Shown in pieces: positions 1-13,124 of a stretch of DNA of 64,000 nt; within the stretch, counting starts at the first letter, position 1, and each line of letters begins with the position of its first letter. The DNA lies in assembly GCF_009914755.1 (NCBI RefSeq), contig NC_060928.1; one strand, 5' to 3'. The notes below the pieces were generated by a model. It had not been told where the DNA came from and did not search any database. It saw nothing but the letters and a program-made list of their open reading frames with translations. This DNA is from the human T2T-CHM13v2.0 reference genome, Homo sapiens. The translations under genes were made by a program, and so were the position numbers.

Positions 1-1341
1 TGTGATCTATGCTCATCACGATTTTCATAGTTTAATTTTCAGAAGACAGATTCATTTGTAAATACACGGTGGGGAAAGGGATCTCAGTGAAGTTCCAGCA
101 ATCCTAGATCCTCGTTGTCTATACTTAATACATACCTGGTATGTAATATACTTTTTGTTAAATGGTTAAAAAAATAAATATGTGAATAGAAAGTGTTTTT
201 CTTATGTAATTATATATTTATCGGAAAATATTCTCAATGTCCTACATCTCCATTTTTTCTAATTTTAAAAATGTACCTGTCCAGCAAACCTGAAGTTTGT
301 TGCTCTAACTTAAACTTTGGTCCTTATATTCATGTACCAGCTTGGCCTCTTATATTTGATAAAAAGCAAATATGCCTATATAAATTTAAGTTCATCAATT
401 ATTTGAATGCTATGGAAACATTTAGTTCCCTGAAAAGCAAAAACCCAAAAGACCAAACTGGGTGTTTTGCAAAATTTGGCATTACAATTAATCAAAGGCA
501 GCTTGCTTTGCAAATATATAAGCACGAATAGAAATGAGAAGTAATCATAAGTTACTCAGTAATTAAATGCATATTTGCTTCAATTCAAAAGTTAAGATTG
601 TATAACATTTTTATACAGTATTCCTATACAAGCTCATTTTTAATAAGATTTTATTGTGTAATGTAATTATCACAAGGACTCTGAGTTAAATCTTATCATA
701 ATTTTTCACATATACAAAAGTGACTTAATCTTTCTCCCTCTACCCCTCATTTCCTCAGCTTCCTGAAGTTTTTGTATTGATTAAAGAACAATCCTAACCA
801 TTGCCATTATAAACATCTTAAAAAGGCAGATCATTATAGGTAATATTTTGGTGTGCAAAAGAAAGTTACAGTAAAAATTTTACATTACATAATGGCTCAC
901 TTCAGTTTTAATGTTCTGCATGCTACACAAGCAGATAGACCATTTGTGTGCTTACGTATTACATGAGTAGTGATTTAGCAGAAGGTAAACTTGAAGCAAG
1001 TTTAATTACCTAAGCAGATTGTCTTATTTAGTTTTCTCTCTCCAACTTAATAAATTAATGTAAAACTTATATATGGAAAATGTGATAAATTGTAAGATCA
1101 ATAATCATTAACACAGTAAAATGAATGCTGTGCTATACAAATATATCTTAAAACAGTAGTTATTCTTGCCACAAACTGTCTGTACAATGGGCAGATTGCA
1201 GAGAGTGCTGAAAGTCTTATTCTAGAAGATCAGTTCTTAGAAATGTCATGAAGGAACTATGAAAATGCACTTCTGTAATTGTTTCTATCTTATGCGCCTC
1301 TGTAAGACCACTGAATTACTAGAATAAACCAGTTTCCTTAC

Positions 1342-1376
1342 CATTTCAGAGGGCTAATTCTTTGTTCATTGTCATC
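1342..1376 (-). other. Candidate 35-nt internal micro-exon of an unidentified minus-strand transcript
   Basis: Minus strand reads CTTTTCTTTCTTCTTTCAG|GATGACAATGAACAAAGAATTAGCCCTCTGAAATG|GTAAGG: strong polypyrimidine tract plus AG acceptor, and a G|GTAAG donor, in sequence with no recognisable repeat. Host gene not recognised. Confidence 0.55.
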
Positions 1377-3780
1377 CTGAAAGAAGAAAGAAAAGTTTTA
1401 ATACATTAAAGCTCTTCGTTTTACTGTTCAGTTTTTTAGTTAATTTAATGTCCTAAGAATTCACACAGGGGCTTTGGCAGTGGTTGTGGCATTAAACTGC
1501 ATTTTAAGTGCCTGTGTAAGATGCAACAACATCATTACCTTGAATGAAAGTTCAAGAAGAACACTCTGTTGGGAGTATTATAGTATCTGACATGAAGAAA
1601 ATAATTCATGAGTACTCTTCATAAAATTAGCTTTATTTCTCCATTCTAGAATAAATGATAGGGCATTCGACAGAATACATCCTAAATCAGTAGCAAGCTG
1701 CCCCTCCTAAATCTCAATAACTGTCTGGGGTAATCTTCGACAGCTGGGTGCTATTAGGATTTGTTCTAATGGTGACAATGTGGAATACGCTAACATGGGG
1801 CTTATTGCCACTTATCCAGCAGGGGCATGAAATGAGGTGACATGGTAATGAGTTGATACAAATGACTTTTGTAACTTTCACACTGCTACCAGGCTGAGGC
1901 AGGCAATCAGAGGGAAACTATTGTCTGCCTTTCGTGACGGTTTTAATGTGTTCCATTTGATTTAATACTGCTGGTAGGCAAAATGTGAAAGGAAAGTAGG
2001 TCACTGCTTCTTTGCTTTGCTCAGATAACAGGGAATACTTACCTGGTTTATCCTAAGAGTTATATTTATTCTCGCTAATGACAAAGAGATATATTTTGAG
2101 CTAGGATTTATGCCATTCATTGTATATAAAGTTATCAAATATTGCTCTGGGTAATTATTAAGTGAGGATAAGATACAATCTTTTTAGAAGTTATTGAAAT
2201 TTATTAATGTACAAATAAATTTAGCTACTTCCATATTCATTTAGAATAAAGAGCTGTCATATAGATAATTAGCATTACAAGTTGGAATTTCTTGAGCTTA
2301 AAGAGTCTGAAATAATTTTTGAACATAGGTAACTGTCAGCCTTTTTGTAAGTACACTATTATTACAAATAAACTTCTGTTTGCTGAAATGTTAACTACAG
2401 AAAATGAAAGGAATATTTTTGCAAAGGCTTTTAATAAAAACTTAGAGTAATTAAACTCATAAATGTATAAAATGCTGACCTCACTAGTTAAATATGTCAC
2501 ATTTGGTGGCCTAATTTTCTCTGTGCTTGCAGCTCTTATTAACTTTTATTATACATGTTATTCTATATGATACTAAGTAAAAAAATCAATGCATTGGTTT
2601 AGATGCTTTTATATGGGCAAATAGTGTATTACAAAAAGGGAACACTTACACTGTGTAATTATTTTGTGTGTGTCTGTTACTCCAGAATTATAGCAACTTG
2701 AAACATTTTAGGAAAATTGCTTTAAATCATAGCCTTCATAATACTGGTAATTTTGAATGCATGGAATCATAATTAATATAATGTGGGATTTAAATTATTT
2801 GTGTAACTATTTTTTTTTCATTCTTCCTAGTACAGAAAATGCAAGTCATTGTGAAATTAACTAAATAGAGGTTGGATGCTCATTTGTGGAGGTAAAACCA
2901 ATTCCTGCTATGTGCATTAGAAGTTAAAGGCACTGGATAAGCTAGCTTCCATATCTATGCCCTCCATGGGAGGCAGAGCATCAAATCAAGCTCAGCCTGG
3001 GACACATTGGGGACAGAACTGCAGCTGCTGCCCAGAAACTTCCCTGTCCCGTTGTTCTCCTGTGGAGAAATTATATTTTCTTAAAAAGGAGTTTTAGCTA
3101 TTTACCCTCCAGTGGTTAGCTTCTTAGGGACAGCCAGGTTTTTGCATTCATCATAATGAGAAAGACTTTTGTTTGATATAGCAGCCTAGCTGGAGACAGA
3201 GGTAGGGATGTTCAATCCCCTTCACTTTTGTGTAAAGAACAATTGCAGCACCTTTCTTGTTAAAATGGAAAAGGATAATTTCCTGTATAGTAAAATTTAG
3301 GAAGATAACTCAATTCCAGCTTAATGAGTTTCTACAAAACATACGAGTAAAAAGCAACATATAAAATAATGAAGACATTCAAATGTGCGTTATGTAAACA
3401 TAAAGCTCTGATACCAGGCTTTGGAAGTTAAGAGAGAGCCTGTTCTAAAAAAAATCTGTTATTGTAACTATTTCAATTTAACCTCATGCTTTTCGGTGAG
3501 TTTGAGCACTATATGAAATGGTTGAAGAGATTTTATTAAAAATTTGAGGGTGTGTGATAGATGATTTGATTAAGAACACAGACTATTAAGCATATAAAAT
3601 TTTCACTTGGGCAGAAGAGGGGAAGGAATGTTGTGTGATATTCCTGATATAGGATGTCATCCTTCAAGGAAAGTTTTACAACACACCAGATGCATTCTGT
3701 TTCAATCAGAACAAACAACTTCAAAAATAAAATGAGATAAAATAGATAAGAATATGAAAGAGAAGTAGATAAAACGAGAC

Positions 3781-3844
3781 TATATGTAACTAACCTGCAA
3801 GTTGTGCACATGTACCCTAAAACTTAAAGTATAATAAAAAAAAA
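3781..3844 (+). mobile_element. Very short L1PA 3' terminus (L1PA3/4-like) with A-tail
   Basis: TATGTAACTAACCTGCAAGTTGTGCACATGTACCCTAAAACTTAAAGTATAAT-A(n) is the canonical L1PA 3' end. Confidence 0.85.
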
Positions 3845-4194
3845 TTACTAAGCAGCCATAAAAAGTGATGAGTTCACGTCCTTTGTAGGGACATGGATGA
3901 AATTGGAAATCATCATTCTCAGTAAACTATCGCAAGAACAAAAAACCAAACACCCATATTCTCACTCATAGGTGGGAATTGAACAATGAGATCACATGGA
4001 CACAGGAAGGGGAATATCACACTCTGGGGACTGTGGTGGGGTTGGGGGAGGGGGGAGGGATAGCATTGGGAGATATACCTAATGCTAGATGACGAGTTAG
4101 TGGGTGCAGTGCACCAGCATGGCACATGTATACATATGTAACTAACCTGCACAATGTGCACATGTACCCTAAAACTTAAAGTATAATAAAAAAA
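3845..4194 (+). mobile_element. 5'-truncated young L1 (L1PA2-like): end of ORF2, 3'UTR and A-tail
   Basis: GCAGCCATAAAAAG...CTCACTCATAGGTGGGAATTGAACAATGAG, the G-rich tract, GATGACGAGTTAGTGGGTGCAG (GAG at the diagnostic site rather than the ACA/ACG of L1HS), and ...CTTAAAGTATAATAAAAAAA. Confidence 0.95.
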
Positions 4195-5254
4195 TCAAAG
4201 TATATCACAGGTTGCAAAATTAATTTTATTTCCTATGCTTGTGCTTAAATTATGTGTGTCTACGTGTGTGCATGTGTGGTGTTTTTCATAGTTATAATAC
4301 ATATTTTTTTTCCTGTGGGTTGTGGTAAAAAAGAGTTTGCAAATTTTGGCTCCAGAGTAGCAGAAAGTGAAATATAACAAGTAGCATGTGTATATGTTAT
4401 AATGCCATAGGTGGAAAAAACAAATTCTAGTTTAAATTCCTGCCCCAAACTGAAAGTCAGAAGGCCAGATGTTCTATACAGCTGAGCTTGACCCACAATC
4501 CAGCTGCTGCTTCACCAGAAGATCTACTCGGTGTGCTGCAAAGTGAATAGCCATAGAGATTCACTCATTTTTCCATGGGTAATTACTCCCCTGGGCAATG
4601 CAGTGGGAATCAGGTAGGATGAAATATAATTTTCCTTTCTTTCTTAATACAATGTATATTTATGAAATACCGCTCTGGACTTAGGGCTTATGTAGGTAGT
4701 AAAATAGTAAATATTATGTATTAATCATTCATAAGTTCTTTAAAAATTTACAATATAAAAGGGGGATATTTTTTGAACAACAGAATTTTAAAAACATATA
4801 TTAAGATAGGGTCCATATCTTTAAAGAAGTCATGATGTACAAATAAAAATAAATAATAAATATGAAAACTATAATACTATGTGCTAAATATAAACACAGC
4901 ATGTTTAAAAGCAAGTAGAAGGAGATACCTGAAAGGAATAAATCAGAGAAGCATTTTAAAGTACCATTTGCAATAAATACTATAAAATTATCGGAATTTG
5001 TATGATGAGATAAAATAAGAAAAAAATTGTGAAAACTGGAAATGGTATATTCATTGAGGTATGAACGTATTTTGGGAAGCCTAGTAAATTGTGTAATTCA
5101 ACTAGTAATTGTATATGTGAATATATGATCATTATATGTTATGTAATATATCACACATTATTGATTATCCTATATTATGTACTATAAAATATTGCAGTTA
5201 CATATCACTAAAATCTTTTCAAAATTATGGCAATTTTCAATTAGTTTATTTAAC

Positions 5255-5420
5255 AATTTATTATTGTGTGTCAGTTATTGTCCAGAGCACTTTTCATATA
5301 ATAATCTTCAGCAACATTTCCCCCATTTTATAGATGAAAAAACGGGCCCAGAGCACGTAAATAACTTGCCCTATGCCATCCAAGTAGTGAGCTGAAAGCT
5401 TAGCCCTGTGTGTGTAATCC
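5255..5420 (-). mobile_element. MIR SINE
   Basis: CCCCATTTTATAGATGAAAAAACGGGCCCAGAG...TAACTTGCCC is the reverse complement of the MIR core. Confidence 0.8.
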
Positions 5421-8164
5421 AATCACGCTTACTATTTTGTTTGTATATGTAATCTGACCTAATTATTTTTATCATATATTTTCTATCCTTTAATTTGTGC
5501 ATAACTACACTTGCAACTAGTTATGTAAGCAGAGACATTAGTGACATATTTCTGTCATCTTCAAAAGTAGGTATGTGCCCAAGGAGCAGTGGAAATACAC
5601 GCTATTCTGAATAAACTTACTTTCCTGAAGTTTATTTTCCACAAGGAAACATTGGGTGCAGAGTAAATTTGATTGTGCATCAGACAAGTAGGTACAACAT
5701 TTTGAAGACTATGAAACAGTTTAATAACCAACACATACACTAAACTTTTCAAAAGGTAGAGTTGTAATTTAATTTTATTCATAGCTGTCAAGTACTAAAG
5801 GCCACAAATAAGACAATAAATTCAAAAGAATATTAAAAATTAGATACCTTAAATAGAGTACCAGGCAGATGCTTGTAAGATTAATAACAAGTTATTAAAT
5901 TTCTGTGGAACATCACAATAGAGAAACAATGGTTCTAAATATAATAGTATTTTGCTTATTATTAACTTATGAACCATTTTGTGGGCATTTTGATGTAAGT
6001 AACTGAGCACAAAATTTTCATGCTTCTAATTTCTTCTTTTGTTGTTCAATATTAAAATTTTTCCACTCCCTTTTTTCTGTTGTACACTAGTAAGTACTTT
6101 ATCCATCTTTCTTTTTCTTCCCTTGATCCTTAACATAAGTGCATTCACTATTTTGTCATATGTAAAAATGGAGTATAAGGAAATTCATATACTCTTTTAA
6201 TATATTTGTATTATGCCACTTGTATCATGTTTCAACTCTTAATTTTTTCCCAGTTTCTACCTTCTTTTACGCACAAAAGGGATCAAACATCATCCCTTAT
6301 GCTCATGTTCTTCTGTCTATGATGCTGAAATCCACAAGGCTATGGGAAAAACATATTCCCTTTTAATTGAGCATCCACATTTCCTTGTAAAATCAGTTTG
6401 TAAGATGACAAGACCTTTCAAGCCATTTCTACGTATACTTTTCAAGTCTTTAATGAAATCATGTATTTTGCTTATCAATGCTACAGCTTTCTGTCATTTC
6501 TAAGTACAATAAAAATGTCGTGAGAATGCTTTTATTCATTAGTAGATCAGAACACAGAAAGTATGGAAGTAGATTCTTAAAATACCCAGAATATCCCCAG
6601 AAAGTAACATATGTTTTGGAAGATTGCATCACAATTTCAGGACTCTTTAATTTACAAAATTTAAGCATGAGGTATTGAACTTCCTATAATAACTTCTGTC
6701 ACTGTGCCAACAGACGAATCAGAATAGATGGGATATAGTTAAAGGTTAATGTTTGCATGCCAGCCAGGTCACAAATAAATGTTTCATTTCTTTGGGAATC
6801 CCAACTTTCATTGCTATAAATAATTAATTTTGAGAACTAGATAATGGTTGTTAAAGGTCATAAAAGAAACAAATTTTTAAGCATGCCTTTTAGTAGAACA
6901 GTGCAAATGACTTAGAAATGAAGCAAGTACCCAAATAGCAGTTCTATACCAACAATTAAACTGAAGGGTGGTGATGAAAGATAGCTTTTTTTGATCTGTT
7001 GTTAGCATACTGAGAGTCCAAAAATATTTCACAGGGAGTTTGACTTTCATTTATTATTTATTTTATTCTTGTGGCTTCTTATGTGTAAAGTCTTTCCAAG
7101 GACTTCGTATTGCATGTTCATTTTCATCTTTGTTCCTTACTCTTGGACTTCTGTCTCCCTCCTTTTGTGATAACTGTACATCAAAATCTTTTCATAGGCT
7201 ACATAGTATGTATTGCTACTATGTTGACATGGGCTCTACTCTACTTCCAGAAAGAAAAGAAAAAAAAGCAGTTAACTAAACATTAAAATATGCACAGTAA
7301 GGACATATTAGAAGAAAAGAATGTTGCTTTTTTGTCTGCTTGCTCTTTTCAACTCAGACATAGATGCTATGTATATGACAATTGTTTTATGAAATAAAAT
7401 TCTTTGTTTGGTTTTCCAAATCCAGAAGGGGTGATATGAATTAAATTTTTAGGCAAAGTAGTTATAAGACTGGTTACAAAAGCTATAACTGTTTAGACAG
7501 GAGACTGTCTAGAATAGGGAAGACTAAATAGTACAGTTTTAACTGTAATATGTCACAAATATTAATATGCACTTATCATTGACTATTATTTTTAATTTCC
7601 AAATTTGAAACCACTGTCAATTTTCTAACTTTGTATCGTATCATTTTATTCTAGCTCCCATGGATTTGTAACTAAGAGCATGCTATTTATAAAAGTTTAA
7701 ATTAAGTGGGCCTGGTGCATTTTCCCAAAATTTGAGCTGTCATACATTCACAAAACGATAATTTGCCCCCAATCAAAAACATCTCTGGTTAGAGAAAAGT
7801 TGGTGGTCCTACACTTTAAAACTTAATTTGTACAAAGTTGTCTACCTCTGTCACGCTGATAGCATGTCACTGAATTAAACATTTCAGTTAGAACTTTTGT
7901 GCTCAGGTCGCCAGATTAATGACTTCTAAAGAGCAGGAGGCATATTTGGACCTCAGATGGCAAGTAATTTGTAAGAAAGCTAGCTCAACTTTAGAAATAG
8001 CGAATCCGTTTTCTCAGTTCTTAGCAAAATGACCTTTATTTCCTTTTTTCCATGAAGTCATGAAATGAAATTGTATATTTGACAAATAAATTTTATTTAC
8101 TAAGTAATACTGCATTTCCTAAGTTTATTCATTTGACATATTCATTCGACGTACACAAAACAGT

Positions 8165-8300
8165 GAGTTAGGTGTTCAGCTGGAAACAACAAAAGATCAA
8201 CAGTGGCTTAAACAATTAAATTGCTTATTTGTCTCACATAATAAACATTGCTAGACATGGACAGTGTGGGGATGAAATGGTGGCTCAGTGACACGGTAAT
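8165..8300 (-). mobile_element. Old MaLR LTR fragment (MLT1J/K-like)
   Basis: AACAGTGGCTTAAACAA...TTATTTGTCTCACATAA resembles an MLT1 end motif; heavily diverged. Confidence 0.55.
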
Positions 8301-8859
8301 GTCTTCGCTTTTAGTTCAACTCAATAGTATTTTTATTTTAAATGATTATTGTTGAAAAAGAGTGAAAATTCAAGAAGACTTTCACAAGTCTAATGAAGAC
8401 TCATTCCAATACAATATCACTGTATCTTATACAACAACATATTTATTCCTTATGATTGCTTTCTATATCTTCATTGTTGCTCCTGAATGCCACAGAATGC
8501 CTATTCTAAGACCAGAAAAAGGTTAAACATAATTAAAAGTTGACTTACCTGACCTTACTCAGCCTTATAGCCATCGATTTTTCAAAAGATGCTATTATGT
8601 GGCTTTAAGGAGGCTTTTCCAATTTCTCTTCTCTTTAATAACTGAACTATCCCAATATACCTAGGAGTTCAATGATTCATTTAAAAAAAAATAAAATAAG
8701 TAATTTTAAAGAAATTCAAATAAATAAATAATAAATAATAAAAATATACATATATTGTTTGTATTAATGTGTTTTAACATAAATGAGAACAGAATATTTA
8801 TACAAAAAGTTGATAACTTGCATATTTCATTCTTTTAAAATTATCCAGTCATCCATGGT

Positions 8860-9130
8860 ATGAGTGCTATGCATTACTGTGGTTAATTCTCTTTCATTCT
8901 TAGACTGTGGGAAAACTGTACTTCCTAGCCTCTGGAAGTAAGGTGTGACCAAGTGGCTATCAGCAGTAAATTTCAAGCAAAGGAAACTTGCACTACTTAT
9001 GGCTAGAGCATTTAATTGTTTGTGCAAGATCCTCTATCTCTGCTCATGCAACAGAGATCCTGGAAGCACATGGTGACAAAAAGCCTATCATTTTGAGTTC
9101 CTTAGTACAACAAACAAAGTGCTTGCCTAT
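8860..9130. mobile_element. Ancient ERVL/MaLR-type LTR fragment
   Basis: ACTTCCTAGCCTCTGGAAGTAAGGTGTGACCAAGTG and AGAGCATTTAATTG motifs resemble old LTR16/MLT1-class LTRs. Confidence 0.4.
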
Positions 9131-9329
9131 TCACACTCTCCCCCCAATCCCCCACACCAAAAGGCCACCAAGCTGCATCAGCCTCTGTCTGCTGTACCTT
9201 GTGTCCTCTGGAATAGCAGCAAGATACTTAACTCTTGTTTGTTCTCAGTGGTCCCAGGCATCAAGAGTATGCTGGGACTCATCAGAGTTCTGAGACAGGC
9301 AAAATAGAAACTGATCTCTCTATACCTAG

Positions 9330-11300
9330 GCATATCATATTCAAAAAATAATTCTTTTAAAGATAATTTTCACTCATTTCTGTATGTGTTTGATAAACTA
9401 GCTGAGGCTGATTGAGTATCAGATTTTCCTGGAACACTGTGTACCTTTTGACTTATAGAATGATATTTGCTATTATTCTGAAAAAATTCTCTTTTATTGT
9501 ATATTTTTTGTTTTCTTCTCCATGCATCTATTCTTTAGCTACAGGGACATAGATTACTACTTTTGATTATTTATCATTCATTAGATTTTTTTTTTCCTTT
9601 AGCACACACCTTCTGCTAATTTTTAAATCTTTATGCAATGACACTATTTTCTCTAGCATCAATTTTAATTTATATTGAAACTAAGCCTTATTTATCACAT
9701 GATTTAATAGGATTTCTATCATAAGTGTTCTGACATGTTCCAGATCTTATCTTCTGCTATCTTATTTTTTATTGATTTCTTGTATTTCAACTTGAGCTTT
9801 TTCAAATAGCCCATTAAATATTGCTGGGAATTTTAAAGCCAAACTTAATTGTTAGCATGTTAGTATCATAACTATTTACTTGTATGAAGATTACTGACAT
9901 ATTTTTAGTTAATCTATTGTCCTGTTTTGTTTTCTGTTTTCCATTGGAACATGCAGAAAAATGGTCTCTGTCTCTCTACTGCATTCCAAAGATAAGTATA
10001 ATTGTATTGAATTAGCAGAAGCTACATCCTATAAGAATCCTGGCTGTGATTGGGTAATAGAACTTTTAAGGAAGTCAAATACCACACATATATACATTTA
10101 CATTTTTCTAAGAAAATGTAAAGTTAATGATGAACTTTATCCTCCTTCTCATTAAGGCAGTTAACTTCAAACAGGAAAATTTACTTCTAAATGTCTCCTA
10201 TTCTAACATACATGATCTAGTTAAGCAGAATTTTCTTTCTGCTCTGCCTGAGGATGTTATAGTCAATATTTACTGTTACCACCATGATATAATGATTGCC
10301 TCTTGCTTCACTACACTCTGATTGAGCTTGGTTTCATTCTAATTATGTAGTATATATTTTTCCTTCACTCAGGATCTAGAAGTAGTAAACTCACTTGGAT
10401 TTTTATGATCTGAAGGCATTTTTATTGTACAATCGCACTTCAAAGATAGTTAAGTCAGTGTACCTGTCTGGCTTGGGAGATATATTTTCTAATGAGTTAA
10501 CTATATTATTCAACTTGCTACTGGGTCTATTATTTCTAATATTAATTCAGCTATTTATCATCATTTCATACTAAAGAATCTCCCCACCATGTTATGTTTA
10601 ATATTTTTGTCTTTGAATTTTTTACATTTATGACTAATATTTGATAGAAGTATATACATTTATGTAGTTGTATAGACATAAACGTTTACCAGGGACTCAG
10701 TATCTTCATTCAGGCTTAGAATTCATACTTTCCTTCACTCCTGGGATATTCTTAGCAATTTTTCCTTTAAATATTGACTCTCTTAGTCCCTCTAGTGTTT
10801 TTCTCCTGATGTCCTAGAAAGGCATAAATTAGATATTCTCAAGCTAGCCTTTCAAGCTAGCCTTCATTCTTCATTTCTTTTTCATACATTCATCTGAATA
10901 TCTCTATGAGCTCTATTATAAATGATTCCCTCAAATGTTTTCCAACTCATTAATTTCCTCTTGACTATTGTTTAACCTATTTATTATTAATTTCTATGAC
11001 CATTATTTCTTATTTACAGAATTTATATTTAATTATTTTTAATACCTTGTTTTCTCTCATAATATCTTCTTTTTCCCTTGCTTCTTTTTTTCCCCACTCA
11101 GCGAACATTGTAAACATATGTATTTTAAAGATACTTGAATACTGTGTTATATCTGTGATATCTATATCTATATATATATCTATATATCTATATATATATT
11201 GAATCTTCAATATTGCCTTTTTCTCACTGGGCATAATATTTCATCATAGTTTATTTCTCTATATGGCTTATATATTTTAGTGATCTTTCCTTAGTTTCAG
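9330..11300 (-). mobile_element. Highly diverged L1M (L1ME-like) fragments, ORF1 region in antisense
   Basis: T-rich strand bias and motifs such as CTGGGATATTCTTAGCAATTTTTCCTTTAAATATTG (about 10740), typical of antisense old L1. Boundaries approximate and probably several pieces. Confidence 0.5.
11147..11200. repeat. (TA)/(TATATC) low-complexity microsatellite
   Basis: TATCTATATCTATATATATATCTATATATCTATATATATA seen directly. Confidence 0.9.
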
Positions 11301-11799
11301 GGTTTTTTTCTGAAAACCCCAAAAATGGAAAACCAACTCAGAAAGCTACGAGTCGTAGAAATTTCCACATGGCACAGTTCCACAATTGTCTCTACATGGA
11401 TTCTACAGGTTTTGCTGATTCAAGGCTCATTTTTATATTGGTTTCTTCTTAGGCTGTAAAAATCTGGATCTGCACTCACAAGTGATAGAGGTTTTAATTT
11501 TTCATTTCTCATCTACTTATACTTCCAGGCAGGTAGCCAATGTACTTGCCACCAAGTTTCTAGGTTGGTGGACCTAATAATTATAGTGCTATTTCTAGGA
11601 GAGGAGAATCCTTCATTTTTTCAGGTTTATATAGAAAAGTAGTTCTAATACTACTGTATGCAAAAAAGGTGCTCAATTATTTTTCCTATGAGGGCCTTAA
11701 AATCCCAACTTATGTATGTATATTTGAATCTGATGCCCCTTGGGAAATATTTTTCCCTTGATTGAATGTTAGAATTACCTGGAGAGAATAACACTTAAA

Positions 11800-11915
11800 A
11801 CTTATTTATTGAAGTTGACATGAATACAGAAAAGTAGATGTATGAGAAATGAGCAGATTGGTGTGTTTTCAAAAATTAAACATTCCCTTATAGCCAGCAT
11901 GGAAATAAATATAGG
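11800..11915 (-). mobile_element. L1MC/ME 3' end fragment
   Basis: TTTATTGAAGTTGACATGAATACAGAAAAGTAG... resembles the antisense 3' terminus of old L1M elements. Confidence 0.55.
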
Positions 11916-13124
11916 ACTTTTCTTTTAACCTTACTCATAATCTTGAGTGTGTGTTTGTTTGTGTGTGTGCATGTTTATTTTCTGATGCTTCAGAATTTCC
12001 ATTTCTCGATTTCTTGTTCCCAAGTTGTATTGTTTATTGTTTTATTTTAATATTATAATTTAGCGTCTCTCTGTATGTATAATGGTAGAGTGTTTCTCAC
12101 CTCAATTTTGTTTACTATATTGGTCAAGTATTCTCTGCCTTCTCATCCACTAGTTGCTTTTGTCTTACTGACTCTGAGAAAACTAGACCCAATTTTCAGT
12201 TAAAAAATGTCTGTGTTTGGCTCTAAATTTTTGCAGCAATTCAGATCTCATCATATTTGGATCTCTGGGGAACCCTCAGAGATTCTTGCTTTACTGCTTT
12301 AGAAATTTCCAAAACTTTGGGTGAGAGACTCCAATAATATCATCTCCTTTCAGTCCCCTGTCACCATGGGAGAAGTATGAGATTGTAAACTTTTATCTGG
12401 TCTGCCTTTCTCTTCCCCTAGAAGAGGCACTGTGTAGTTCCTCTTAAATCTGAATAATACTGGCACATTTGGCACAGAATAGATAAGGGTGAAAAAGTTG
12501 CCGAGTACAATGGAATTCTCTTACGGCATGTAGTCTACAACATGCATCTTCATAGCATTATCACTGATTATTTTTTATTTTATTTTCATTTTCAAAGATA
12601 ATTTTAGAGATTTCTCTCTAAAGCCATTACATCCTGAAACAATTATAGGTTTTATGTTTTATTTTCTTTCTTTAAGTTTCATATCTTCTCAAAAACTGAA
12701 AATGGAACTATTGTTAAAATAAGTTATTTTTATCCACCTGACTACATTTATGTAAAATTGATATGATTTTATTTATCCTTAAAAATAATATTATGTTTGT
12801 AATGTATTATATATTTTCTATTTCTCCATTAAACAATCATTTTCTTTAAAGACTACTTGGATGAATTTTAGAAACATTAATTTGATAATATGCTTCTGGC
12901 CCAATATAATTCAGATGATATTGAAAATGAGTACCTGAATTTCACCATCAAATTTTTAGTTTTTTGTTGAAGTATTTTTGAAGCTTGGAAACATTAAATT
13001 GTGTCTTTCTGATTATAAAATATTACAATATTAAATAACTGTCAAGGTAAACATGAATAAGCTATTTATATAATTTATCATAGTAGTTCAAGTCTGAAGA
13101 TACATTATATTGACTTGAACAGTC

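Noticed and set aside
193-531. 112-aa ORF
   Set aside because: GTG start, AT-rich composition and no homology that I recognise.
4026-4060. G-quadruplex-capable tract
   Set aside because: This is the standard L1 3'UTR G-rich tract.
3845-4194. Possible active L1HS-Ta element
   Set aside because: The diagnostic trinucleotide is GAG rather than ACA, and the element is only about 350 bp.
8543-8551. Perfect minus-strand donor CAG|GTAAGT
   Set aside because: No convincing polypyrimidine acceptor at exon distance, and such 9-mers can occur by chance in 64 kb.
10840-10866. Small tandem duplications (TCAAGCTAGCCTT x2; similar ones near 17539, 34729 and 40977) considered as a repeat-spacer array
   Set aside because: Unrelated units, two copies each and no spacers. 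These are ordinary slippage duplications; there is no CRISPR-like array in the window.
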